The notes beneath the pieces were generated by a model. It did not search any database. It was not told the DNA's origin and saw only the letters and a program-made list of their open reading frames with translations. A stretch of DNA of 62,999 nucleotides, the filler included, from Salisapilia sapeloensis CBS 127946 (taxonomy: Eukaryota; Protista; Oomycota), in the NCBI GenBank assembly GCA_023334545.1. It is 22 parts of 22 records of this genome, joined end to end, with 100 filler letters (N's around TTAATTAATTAA, not from the genome) between each part and the next. Parts side by side here need not be neighbours in the genome. Positions count along the whole stretch, not along the records: positions 22,101 to 27,771 come from JAADVB010000599.1; positions 27,872 to 30,374 come from JAADVB010000891.1; positions 30,475 to 32,219 come from JAADVB010001058.1; positions 32,320 to 33,580 come from JAADVB010001224.1; positions 33,681 to 35,699 come from JAADVB010000985.1; 17 more parts are not named here. One strand, given 5' to 3'. Of the stretch, positions 23,882 to 35,799 are shown in pieces (within the stretch, counting starts at the first letter, position 1; every line of letters starts with the position of its first letter). The position numbers were made by a program, and so were the translations under genes.

Positions 23882-25407
23882 TCATCCTTGCTCATAATAA
23901 CGATACTCTTTCAATAGTTTTAAACGTGCGTCTGCCCATCGAGATCTATCTTCCCGCTCTACGTCGAGCTGATCTGTGGATCTAGATGTTACTGTATGCT
24001 TGAAGTTAATGGAGCGTTGTAGATGTACCTCGCAATGACTTGTTTTCGTTTTTCAACGCAAATACTTTTGCATGAAGGTTCTTTTCAAGAGATGGATTAG
24101 AGATTGAAAATGATAACTGGATGGAAATATGCAAGTACCTCTATGTCGTTTTCTTGTTCATGGTACTGCTCCTCAAGTTTCGTCAGGTCATTCTTGGTCG
24201 CTTTCGCTAGCTTTTATGCAGTGATCAGCAATTTAAAGGTAAGTTTCCAGTATCCAAGCACAATTACCTTTCTTAAGTCTTCCATTTCTCGAGCTCTCTT
24301 CTTCATGGTTTTGTATGCTGCCGACAACGCATCGTCCTTCTTCTCCAATTTCGTTAAAATTGACTTTGTATTGCTCTGTTCTCCAGCAAGCTCCTCCGTC
24401 TTTTGAAATAATGAGTTTCTTGTTGTTTCGTGGGAGGTTTTCATCTTCGTTATCTTCTCTTTATATTTGACTTTCTGAGTTTCCATCTCTGCTTCCAGTG
24501 ACTCAATTACGTCAGCTTGATTTCTGCATTGATCTCGTGCTTCCTCAACATCACATAGACATTGCTTCAAACGTTCTTCAGCTTCTATCCTCTTACTCCT
24601 TTCCAATTGTTCCGCCTCTCGAAGTCCTTCCGTCTCCAACTCCAAGCTAAGAAACTTTTTCGTGCGTTGGAGTCGGTCTCTCTCGACCTTTGTTTCTTTC
24701 TCCAACAATCTCTTCTTGAGCTTTCCAACCTTGGTTTTCAGTGTATCGTTCAAATCCGCTACTTCCTGGTGTTTATCTCGAGCTTTCGCAAGTGCCTCGT
24801 CATTATTTCCGATAGTTTTCGCCTGCCAGGCTAATTTTTTTTGAAGCATTTGTACTTGGCGTTCGTAGCCATCGACTTCGCCTTGAAGCTCTTGTGTGTA
24901 CCGTTCAGATGCCGCTAGCTGTTCTTGAAGCTGTCTCATGTCTTCTTCTCTCTCATCTATCTCGGGTATCAATTGCTTCTGCAACGAGACAACTTCAGCG
25001 TACAAGTCGTCTACGAACGTTGTTAATTCCACCTTGGCATCTCGTTCTTCTCCGACCATCCGTTGTAGCTCATCACGTTCCGCTTCCAGCACAGCTTTGT
25101 CCGTATATGCATCATCACACTCTCTTTTCTTACTATTGTAAACTACTCCAAGTCGCTTTAGCTGCTCTTGGAGCAACGCTACGGTTTCTGAATGTTGCGT
25201 AAGAGTATCTACCGACTCGGTGCCTTCGTCTGGATCGTGCCATCTCATACTTCTATCATGATCCTGCGTACGCGTTGGTAACTTGGAAGTTGAGTTCTTA
25301 TGAGCAGTAGTCGTCAAACTAGAATATTCCCTACATTTCACCTGACTAGAAGGCTCCACTACCCTCTTCTTCGCCTCCTTTAAAGGAACTAGCGACATAC
25401 AATTCAA
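23882..25407 (-). CDS. Long coiled-coil protein of unknown function, with three short 3' introns
   Basis: E/K/Q/L-rich heptads in 24214..25407. GT-AG splicing extends the frame through LAKATKNDL..., NLHAKVF... and DQLDVEREDRSRWADARLKLL to TGA at 23882. Confidence 0.7.
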
Positions 25408-25498
25408 CAGACTTGTCTAGCCAACTATATTTTTATTTTCATTCGTTTCCTCCACCCGTTTCAACTGCTCGTACGCTAGCACATGTAAACTATCTCGT

Positions 25499-27082
25499 CT
25501 ACTCGAAGTTCAGCGCTTGGTCAATCTCTTCAGCTTGACTCGCATCCGGGAAGCGCGTGTGGACAATGCCCTTGAGTTTCTGTAGAACGCGAATGACCTG
25601 GCAACTATAGCCAAACTCGTTGTCGTACCAGACATACAGAATGACCTTGTTACCATCCACAATCGTCGCTTTGCCATCGACAATACCAGCCGCGCGGCTT
25701 CCGACAAAGTCAGACGAAGCAACTTCAGCCGAGTCGACAAACGAGATTTGGTTTTGAAGTGACGAGTTGAGCGAGATCTTGGACATGTATGCGTTCAAGT
25801 CTTGCACGGTCAAGTCCTTAGACTTCTCCGGGTCGAGATTCAAGTTGAGAATCGCAAGCGACACATTCGGTGTCGGTACACGAATGGCATTAGCCGTTAG
25901 CTTCCCAGCTAGAGCCGGAAGGCACTTGGCCACAGCAGAAGCCGCACCAGTTTCAGTGATGACCATGTTCAGCACAGCACTGCGACCACGACGCTCCTTG
26001 TCGTGGTAGTTATCAATCAAATTCTGATCGTTTGTGAACGAGTGCACCGTCTCGATGTGTCCACTGACGACACCGTACTTTTGCTCCAACGCATATAACG
26101 TTGGTGCAATGGCATTCGTGGTGCAGGAGGCAGCAGAAAAGATGTTCTTGTCATCCGTGATCTGCTCTTCATTCACGCCAGCTACAATCGTCGGCAAATT
26201 TCCTTTTCCAGGGGCCGTCAGAATGACTTTTGAAGCACCAGGAGCTTGCAAATGCTTGCTCAGCGCCTCTTCACTACGCCACTTGCCAGTGTTGTCAATG
26301 ACTACAGCGTCATGGATGCCGTACTTGGTGTAGTCACACTCTTCCGGTTTGTTCGCGTAGATGATTTGAATGACATTTCCATTCGCAATGAACGCATTGG
26401 CTTCCTTGTTCAGTCGAATGGAGCCGTAGAACGGACCATGGACAGAGTCAAGATTGAGCAAACTCACTCGCTTCTCCAGATCCTCGATCATACTCTTGCG
26501 AACGACAATCGCTCGGAGCATGAGCTTGACACCAGGACCACTCTTCTCAATTAGTAGACGAGCAAGGAGTCTACCAATACGTCCGAATCCGTAGAGCACA
26601 ACGTCACTCGGCTTGGACATGGGCGACGAGTTCGGAGCGTCCGTCGTTGCCGTCTGCAAATGATCCATTTTCGATTGCAACAACGCACCAATTTGTTGGA
26701 CCTTGGCTTCCTTCTCTGGACTTTCAGGAGCGTTTTCAATCTCCTTGACGGCGTCTTCCACCAGCAAGAGTGTTCGACCGACATCAATACGCATGTTCGA
26801 TGCATTCGGCACGTGCTGGACAATCGCCGACAGCACGATCACAGTGGATGTCGGTGTGATCGTACGTCCGACGTACTTGGTAACTTCCTGGTGGAACTTG
26901 ATGATCTGGATGCTGTCCTTGTGCACGATGCCGTTACCGAAGAGGACAGACACGACGTTGCGCTGTCGGTAGAGCTGTCCGATGAGCGGTACCATGTGTT
27001 CCGCGGCTTCTTCCTGCCGTTTCCATTCCTCATGTTCTCTCAGACGGAACTCTGCCATCTCCGCAGCAGGGGGTGTGTTCAT
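25499..27082 (-). CDS. gap: Glyceraldehyde-3-phosphate dehydrogenase, long bacterial-type form with N-terminal extension
   Basis: YGFGRIGRLL, IDNTG, VILTAPGK, ASCTTN, RVPT and WYDNEFGY. About 155 extra N-terminal residues starting WKRQEEAAEHMVPLIGQLYR. Confidence 0.93.
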   Translation of the reverse strand: MNTPPAAEMAEFRLREHEEWKRQEEAAEHMVPLIGQLYRQRNVVSVLFGNGIVHKDSIQIIKFHQEVTKYVGRTITPTSTVIVLSAIVQHVPNASNMRIDVGRTLLLVEDAVKEIENAPESPEKEAKVQQIGALLQSKMDHLQTATTDAPNSSPMSKPSDVVLYGFGRIGRLLARLLIEKSGPGVKLMLRAIVVRKSMIEDLEKRVSLLNLDSVHGPFYGSIRLNKEANAFIANGNVIQIIYANKPEECDYTKYGIHDAVVIDNTGKWRSEEALSKHLQAPGASKVILTAPGKGNLPTIVAGVNEEQITDDKNIFSAASCTTNAIAPTLYALEQKYGVVSGHIETVHSFTNDQNLIDNYHDKERRGRSAVLNMVITETGAASAVAKCLPALAGKLTANAIRVPTPNVSLAILNLNLDPEKSKDLTVQDLNAYMSKISLNSSLQNQISFVDSAEVASSDFVGSRAAGIVDGKATIVDGNKVILYVWYDNEFGYSCQVIRVLQKLKGIVHTRFPDASQAEEIDQALNFE

Positions 27083-27136
27083 GCTTGTCAGTAGGATGTG
27101 AAGGAAGAAAAGGAGGAGGGTACTGCGCTCGAGGCT

Positions 27137-27152
27137 GCAAATTGGATAATGA
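27137..27152 (-). promoter_or_regulatory. Oomycete Inr-FPR core promoter of the GAPDH gene
   Basis: Minus strand TCATTAT-CC-AATTTGC fits YCAYTYY-nn-MWTTTNC with one mismatch, about 55 nt upstream of the ATG. Confidence 0.5.
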
Positions 27153-29308
27153 CGAAGGAGTTAAAAGGCTGAAGAGTCGGATCCACAGCTTCAATAATCA
27201 GATAAGAGAGGTGACAATTCCGGATGCACCGAACCTACCTCCGTCCTCAAAGCATCGACGCCAGGCAGTACGCAATGACGGTCATGTGCTGAGTCTTGCA
27301 CGCAGTCACTTTCTCATATATAGGGCTAAGGATGGTGGTAGTCATGTAAGTTTGATTGGAAAAACAGGATAGTATTCGTGGTACGATAGCGCTGACAAAC
27401 ATAAAATCCGTCGTTTCAGCGTTATAACGGCTACTGATGTGTCGAGCTTCCAACGCCGCCGTCGTATTCAGATACTAGCTTGAGAAACCTTGAAGGGTGC
27501 ACACATCGATGGAAGAATCGTCAATTACTTCAGCATTGCGCTTCCTCCAGCACTCCTCTTTACTTCCTCTTTTGTCACATCTCAGGCGATACCCATGACG
27601 CCGGCGCCTCACGTGTATGCATTCGTGCTCTGCTACCTTCCTGGCCGCTCGATACAACGGATGTGTACGGAACAGATGCAATTGGAGATCAACACGATTT
27701 GTATAACACGCTACAAGATACCTTCTTACTCATCTACACCATATCTTCCGCACCAGGCACTGGAGTGTACANNNNNNNNNNNNNNNNNNNNNNNNNNNNN
27801 NNNNNNNNNNNNNNNTTAATTAATTAANNNNNNNNNNNNNNNNNNNNNNNNNNNNNNNNNNNNNNNNNNNNATCAAACGGGTAGATGTGAGTTCAGACTG
27901 GAAAGGTAGCCGAAAGGTCCGAGAGGATTACAATGGGTGGATGTAGATAGAGAAGAGAAGATAATAAATAGCTAAGAAGTACACTGTCCAATGCGAAAAG
28001 TCTCTAAACTACGGTTATTTTACTCTTCCATGCGTCTCCCTCCACAATATGCCGAGAAGCTAATATGATTTCCTTACTTCTCTCGTTCGAATAATTGCTC
28101 CGCTAAGTCCTCTTCGTATCCTATTTCTCGGTAATTCCTTTTGGCAGCCTGAAGTTTACATTTTAGAGGTCTGGTGATTCGAGTCTGGCGATTCAATAAG
28201 CTGCCATAGGAAAGTTGGAGTAGAACTAGCAGTAACACTACGAGGTGATCTTCTGTTCGTCCCATTTGCTGTCATTCTCGTCACCATCCATCACACGATC
28301 GAGTTTCTTTTAGTACGTATCTTCATGACTATCTCTGCTTGCTGTAAAGATACGACGCAGTAAGCTTGTCGCCTTGGATAGCTACTTAAGATGACCACAT
28401 CAAAGGAAGTGTAGTATGCGAGCAAGAGCTCGTTGTGCTTGACGCACCAAGAACACTGCAAGTAGTGGCATAAAAGTGAGTACTAGGTGAAGGCTGCTTC
28501 AAGTTACAGAAGATACGAAAGGACTCATTCGGGAAAGCTGCAAATGGCCGAAGCATGGCACGGTGATGTGCAATGCTCAGTGCAATACAAGCAAAAGCAG
28601 CCGAAGCACTTTTATTGGAGTCGATATGGAATCTCAGGCGTGTCATTCTTGTGACAAGTTTTATTATTTAATTCAAAGATATAGCAAACTCGTTTTAAGA
28701 TCGGAAGACAAGAGTGTCCGTTTCGCACATGCATGATGTCATGGGAAGTTTCATTTCTTCCTCACTAGATGTAGACATTTCAGCTTATCCATTTCGTTCC
28801 AAGAAGACTATCTGCGATCGGATATCCTTCCTGTCTCGAAATTGCATTTGACAAAGCTTTCTACGTCAAAGTAATCTGCGGCATATCTAACAAGTAGATT
28901 ACATTTCAAAATCTGACAGCTACATTGTTTGCTGCGACAATAAATTGGTGCAAAATCGAGGAAAGGAATGAAGTCGGAGGTTTGTGCATATGCGACTACG
29001 ACACATCTCTTTCAGTACATGTCATTTGATTAGACAAATGTACATTGAATGATAGGCACGCTTTCATTCGAATGACTCACAGTCACTTTTTTAAAATTAA
29101 TTATAGAATATAGATCCATGGACACGAACTAATCTCCGCTTCTAATATCGCCTTCCTTTATTTAAAATCGAATTTACCTCTCGTGCGAAGCAAAATCCCG
29201 AATATGATGCATTCTGCGAAACAGTATTTGTCGTGTAAAATCATGTACTAGCCAGACATAGACCGAGGCTTGATGTCGAACTATCACTTCATAGCATCAT
29301 TTGTGAAT

Positions 29309-30106
29309 ATGCCCTTCATCCTCATCTTCGTCGCGCTGTTCATCTTCTAGGTTACCACTGCCACAAAATGTAAGAGCGCGGACTTCACCAAGAAGCCAAG
29401 TGAGTTTAAACTCTTAAACACCACGATCGACATTGGTAGGAGTCCCGACCTGATCGAATCGTGGCTAAAGCCGTATGATCCTTATAAGGGTGAAAAAGGA
29501 AAGTATCCAACGATCGGTTTCTCTTATGGTGGTCACACCCTTTCAGTCTCTCCTCGACTCAAGAAATTTCATGTTACTGGTCTTTCACCGGCTAAGCCAA
29601 GTCATATCAAGGCAAGAAACGCACACGAAATTGATACAAGTGTCGAGTTTGAAAAGGAAATCCAAGGCACTGCGGAACTCGACCTATCGGTCGAACAGAC
29701 GACGAAGAACGCCTTGTGCTTTACAGACATCAATATGAGTTTCACGACAATGTACGAGCCTGGCATATTATCCGTCGAGGCTGCCTTCAAAATAAAGAAA
29801 ACGCGAGTGAAAATGACTTTCAAAGCTCCCATGGTCGAATGCGCAAAGCCGAGTGCCGATTGTCACTGGCTATCAGTAAATAACCTCGTTTCCACTGTCG
29901 TCTCCAATGAGCTCGATGATATCTACAAGGATATCGGCAAACACATGAAAAGGTTGGAAATCAGCGAGGCGGCCTTCGACTTTGACAAGGTTAAGCAACT
30001 TGAAATAAATGCTAAAAACTCGGAAAAGATGATGAAAAGGCTCTTGCGTGAGTTGAACAAGCTCGCAGCAGACACTCTGAATAAGACAAGTGGTACGACA
30101 TTGTAA
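29309..30106 (+). pseudogene. Secreted protein gene with a single in-frame TAG in the signal peptide
   Basis: MPFILIFVALFIF*VTTATKC..., then open to TAA at 30106. The TAG is at 29348-29350. Confidence 0.7.
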
Positions 30107-33100
30107 TGAAAAATTGAATGATGAGGTCAAGAGACAGTTTAACAATGCCATCAAGAACAAATTCAAAAATGCTATTCAAGGCAGATGCAAGTGACATTCA
30201 GCAAGCAACACTAATACAATCTCATCGTACCCGGCTTCCCACTTTTTTAATTACCAGGACTGCTGCTTTAAGATTGTTCGTAGCTTGTATGCAATTTCTG
30301 GCGCACATGGACGCTCGCTGGCGTTGAAGGATAGACATTGCATGGCCAAGTCTCGAATGGAAGGTGGACAATCGNNNNNNNNNNNNNNNNNNNNNNNNNN
30401 NNNNNNNNNNNNNNNNNNTTAATTAATTAANNNNNNNNNNNNNNNNNNNNNNNNNNNNNNNNNNNNNNNNNNNNGCGTTTTACGCTTCCCTTACGTGCAA
30501 AGGGCTATCGTTGTGACTCCCGTTACAACAATACACTCCCGATCGACCTCCTCGCCCTTGTCGCCAACTCTTAAAAAATTCTGATGGTGCAACGCCAAAC
30601 GGTCGACTCTCCTTAAATCCTAATACAATCTCCTTAATCTTCATCTTAGTATGGAAAGGTCTAACGACCATTCATGTTCCTTGTAGCTTTGTATTTGCAT
30701 CACATGCTCCAATACAAGGCCCCACTTCAAGATCCGGAATGATGCCCCAGCTTGGGATACATTCATGTAACTTCCAGTTACAGCTTACCTTTAGCTCTTT
30801 TGTAACTTGTATTGTATTGGAAAGATTTGGTTTGTACCTTGGATTTTCCTTGAGCGCATCTACAAACTTGTGTTGCGCTGTGTTGCTCTTTGTTCCCACT
30901 ATGTCATCGCTAGGGCGTTTTAGCGTAGCTGAACATTGTAGTGGTATAGATCCACATAGTGGTAACCTAGGTCAACATAGTTGCAATATAGGCCGACATT
31001 AGTTGCACTTATGTTGCTTAATTTTGCGACATTAGTTGCCAATGGTGCGTTAACGCCTGCCGTTTGTTTCTTTAATACTTTCTACTTGTTGTATCAGTCG
31101 CCAAAATCAGATAGAGAGTCACAGCTTTGATTGTTGCAGCTGAATGATAAGGGTGATGAAACTTGCTAGTGCTGTTCCTGCCACATCGTGTTGACAATCT
31201 CAGCCTCAAATACGTTTTTGAGTGCATATGCACCGTGAATACAATTCGCCAACGGCAATGGCTCGATTACCGTTTCTTTGTCGTTTGTGAGAGTTCCTGA
31301 GAGAGAAAGAGATAACATTGCTTTATTGCTGGCAGTGCAGTCAAAGATGAGTAGACGGTTTATATTTGTGGTACAAGTAGTCACAAGAAAATGCTTTCGG
31401 CAAATAAAAAGAAACGTAGCTACAGTCTGCAGCGTGCTTTCAACTCAGCGTTAGGTGATCGTGCAAGTATGTGTTTGCTAAGCTGAAAGTAATTTTATGC
31501 ATTTCGTGACTAGATCAATAATATTTGTTTGGTCACAAAGCTGAAAGGCGGATTGAGAGGATACTTTACGATTCGTTCTAAGAATTGAGTTACGGAAGCA
31601 TTCGTTTGAGTCGCATCTATACGGTACCTACAAAATCATCCCTTTATTCACAAGTACTGTTGAAGCAATAATCATATTCAAGAACCTTGTAAAAGCGAGA
31701 GAACCAGTAAGCATCCTAAATCCGATAGTGTGTCGGATTGATAATCAGCCAGTAGCAAGCAGAAATGATCATAAAGTCAAGTCTGATGAAAGTTTCTCAT
31801 TCCTTGTTACTTGATCCACTAGACGACTCGATGAGGGTCGTTGTCGTAAGTTCGGCGTGAAGGAAGTAAACGTAGAAGTGAGCACTATCGCGCAAGGGGG
31901 TGAACACGTCCTCGACGTGAGCAAATGACTCTCATCACTCTTTCATTGCCATACGATGGTAATGCACCCATCAAGTCAGAATTTTGAGATCGGTAGAAAA
32001 ACCGTAGCCTCCAGTGCCAATGCACTCTCAGCTTGGATTAAAAACTATAACCTTGTCTCGAATCTCGGCACAGTATCTAAGTCAATACTTGACTGCCCTT
32101 CCAAACCCTAAATCATAGTCAAAAGTATACCAAAAACGAAGCATATGCGTTTTAAGTTTTGCCTCTTCTTGAAGAATCCGCCAGCGCAGTTGCAACTTCC
32201 CTACGAAATGCCAGGGAACNNNNNNNNNNNNNNNNNNNNNNNNNNNNNNNNNNNNNNNNNNNNTTAATTAATTAANNNNNNNNNNNNNNNNNNNNNNNNN
32301 NNNNNNNNNNNNNNNNNNNACTTTCGGCTCTCGACTTCGAAATGCACTATCTTTGACCTCACGGGTACATTTTTACGCTGGGTAGCTAGAAGTTTTCTCT
32401 AGCTTTAAATATGCGATGTCCAACAGTCCTTTTTCCTTCAGATTATGGTATTGAAGTCGTAAGAAACGATGCGAAAGAGGCCGCAACTGCGCCGTTTATG
32501 TGTTTAAACTTCCACAAGGGACCTAGTATCTTGTGCTGCATCGTCAATATCATTTATATTGTACCATGGGTGATTTGAAGTGTGAAAGAAAATATGCCTT
32601 GCGCTGGCATCTACCTCGGCTTCTTCCCAGAAGGGATGCAAGAGTCAACGGTCTCACATTCGTATCGGACCTCTATCAAGAACCGATGATACGTATATCC
32701 TTTTGCCCTAGCTAAAGATAACAGTGCAGCTTAATTCTAGGAAACTTTCTACTTGACACAGTGTATCTATATGTGTGCGTTACTATAGTACACGCGCAAA
32801 GTGGATTCAACTTTTTCTCGCACGCACGACCTGCTAGCTCTGACGGATGACTCGTTACTTCGCTATTTAATCCGATCAGTCCCTTGAATCTCAACTCGAG
32901 TTTCACTTGCCAATTTGCTTTCGAAACCTCACATAACGATGCCATTTCGTTCATCCTCTGCTTCATTTAAAAGCTCCATGCCGATCATTGAGCCAATACC
33001 TCTGGCCACCAGTGAAAACAACCAACATTTCTACAACTCCTTCCCGGAAATCCTTTCTTTTGATTCGCCTGCTTCTAGGTATACCCTCTAGCTATGTACA

Positions 33101-33191
33101 CATCATTTTCCGTGGACATATACTGACCAACTATGACCGATCCAGCTTTCATCCTACAAACCTGTATACCACAGGAGAAGCATCTATCAAG

Positions 33192-33580
33192 ATGGAGCTT
33201 CTTACGCCGTACACCAATCCTCCTGCAGCTCAATATGAGCCGTATGGTTCTAGCTATGTGTACACTTCTCCGCCTTATCCACCCGAGAAACGCATGTGCA
33301 TGCCAGGCTCGGATCCTTGTCTCCCATGCTATTCCACAACAAGTGCTTATATCCACTGCGCACCTGTATATGGCAGCTTGGAGTCTACCGTACCCTCCAC
33401 GATGCCATCAAGCGTAATAACTTCAGTTTCTGAATCTGCAGAAGAACCTCCTGCTGAAGATCCACCTGCAAGACTAACTCCAGCCGATGAAGAAGAAAAG
33501 GAGCGTAAGCGAAAGCGTCAGCGAGAGTACGAAAAGACCTACCGTAAGCGCAAGCAAGTGAGTCGAGTATACCATGTCCG
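33192..33580 (+). CDS. Possible bZIP-like transcription factor, N-terminal exon, truncated
   Basis: Pro/Ser/Tyr-rich N-terminus, then basic helix EEEKERKRKRQREYEKTYRKRKQ, followed by a GTGAGT donor at 33558. Confidence 0.45.
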
Positions 33581-33680
33581 NNNNNNNNNNNNNNNNNNNN
33601 NNNNNNNNNNNNNNNNNNNNNNNNTTAATTAATTAANNNNNNNNNNNNNNNNNNNNNNNNNNNNNNNNNNNNNNNNNNNN

Positions 33681-33821
33681 AGAGCCAGTTACGTACACAC
33701 TCGCGTGATCGAGGGCGAAAGATCCTCAGAGCCATCCAGGAAAAGAGAAGTAAGAAAATTTATGAAAGGATTCTTTCTTAGAGCTCGGACTTCCGGTAGA
33801 AACTTGGGCACACGAAGTTTC
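33681..33821 (+). repeat. Left arm of a perfect 141-bp contig-terminal inverted repeat (partner 35559..35699)
   Basis: Exact reverse complement; first mismatch at 33822/35558. Confidence 0.97.
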
Positions 33822-35558
33822 CAGAGTAGCTATTGGGTGACGGTTTTTTCGTCGAGTAGTTTTATGCCGCGGAAGTGAAGCGAAAATAATGGCATCTTGT
33901 CCCATGATTGGAATATTAACGACTTGGTTCGGAATGTATAGACTAGGCGAAATAACACTACCCGATGTGGGTGGTGCGTAAATGATGGTCTCATGGAGCG
34001 TATAATAAAGATAGCACGGCTTCATGTGAAGTATTCTGGTATCTATCAGGTTGGAAATCAGCGAATGACACATATCATCGTACTGACCATCCTTGGTCCC
34101 ATAGAATTCCTACATGGTATTCTATATAGTGCGTTTTGCTAGGCTATTGTGATCGATCCATGGCGATAGTATCAACTTTTCTCCGCTGTGCTTTAAACCG
34201 TAGAGAAAGTTTTTGATCACGAAGTAGATATCTCGGGAATGCAATCATTGCGAATCAGAGATAGGTTGGAAGGCAAGTGTACCTCGTCTTAGTATAGATT
34301 GGTACTCTTATGGCTTCAGGAGAACCCGAAAGAAATAGAGCGGAAAAGATCCTACTTGCCTTCGCAATAGTTGTAATGACGATGCTTTAAGACGTAGTCG
34401 TTCATCAGTCCAGAGTAGGCTTTGTGGTAGGAAATGAAAGTTTGGGGTCTGCCTTGACATACTGCTCGCGGCCCGAGTTTCTACAAAAAGATAGGATCTC
34501 GTGTTTATTGAGGTCATTGACTCAATGCTGGCACCAAGTTGTAAGAAGGCATGCTCTTCATTGTGCCTCATACACTAGATTAGAAATGCATGATCTGTTT
34601 TAGAATTCAAAGTACCGAATAGGAGTGGATCTGTTGATATCATCGTATCGTGAGGAGGGCAGCCTCAAGTAGAAATAAAATCAAAACCGCATTTGCATGC
34701 CTATGGTACTGACACATTTTACACGTGGAAGAAGAGTAGTATCGTTATAGTCAAGCGTGATACCACGGCAGCTACAATAGTGGAAGAGGCATAAATATGC
34801 ACAGAAACTAATGTAAAAAGTAGCCGATAGATGCAAAGTGACAAGCATAATAAATCCATCGAGAAGCTGTAACTGGCAGGTACGACATCATCGATCGAGA
34901 GAGAGATTTGCAATTGGATGCCCACATATACTTCAATATAAATTAATTTCATTTAAAAATAAGCTGACGATGTTATGGAATTGACCGTGTCTGGCTCATA
35001 AAAACAAAGCTTCATTCAGCTGATGCGAATATGACTTCACAATGAGAAGTAGAGCATATTGAATTGGGCTTTGCGACACCGAAAAGGTTCTCACACAAGT
35101 CATTGCGAGAAAATCAGGAAATCGAAGTGGAAATATGGAAACTTGGAACATTACTCTTGAGGAACGGACCAGAAATAGAAAAGCTCTTCATAGAACAGAC
35201 CGCGAGACGCACTACATGTCGGCATACATCGAGGCGTGCAGTCTGTAAAGTCAGTGAAGCAGCACAGGAGCAAACTTTCAGGAAACGTCATCCGGATTGC
35301 ATGTATTTCATTTCTGAGCTCTTTGCCTTAGACTAGGTGAGAAACACTACTCGCGACATTTTCAACAGCGCTGCCTTTAGTACAGTTGTCATTACGAAAC
35401 ATTTGCATGCAGGAACAGCACATATTTTTTTCAAGCCAAGACCTTGATATTCGCCAAAAGACCGCGTCTGATGACCGTGAAAACACAAATAATGACAGGC
35501 CCAGCGAACGTTATGCGCAAAGTGCTTCTAAACTTTTCACCAACAGAAAACCACTCTA

Positions 35559-35699
35559 GAAACTTCGTGTGCCCAAGTTTCTACCGGAAGTCCGAGCTCT
35601 AAGAAAGAATCCTTTCATAAATTTTCTTACTTCTCTTTTCCTGGATGGCTCTGAGGATCTTTCGCCCTCGATCACGCGAGTGTGTACGTAACTGGCTCT
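35559..35699 (-). repeat. Right arm of the 141-bp inverted repeat
   Basis: Reverse complement of 33681..33821. Confidence 0.97.
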
Positions 35700-35799
35700 N
35701 NNNNNNNNNNNNNNNNNNNNNNNNNNNNNNNNNNNNNNNNNNNTTAATTAATTAANNNNNNNNNNNNNNNNNNNNNNNNNNNNNNNNNNNNNNNNNNNN

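Noticed and set aside
27480-27771. Open frames running into the contig end
   Set aside because: No recognisable motif or start context, so a CDS cannot be supported.
30480-30899. Two in-frame minus-strand ORFs separated by one TGA (possible readthrough or selenoprotein)
   Set aside because: No homology, no redox motif around the TGA and no SECIS recognised.
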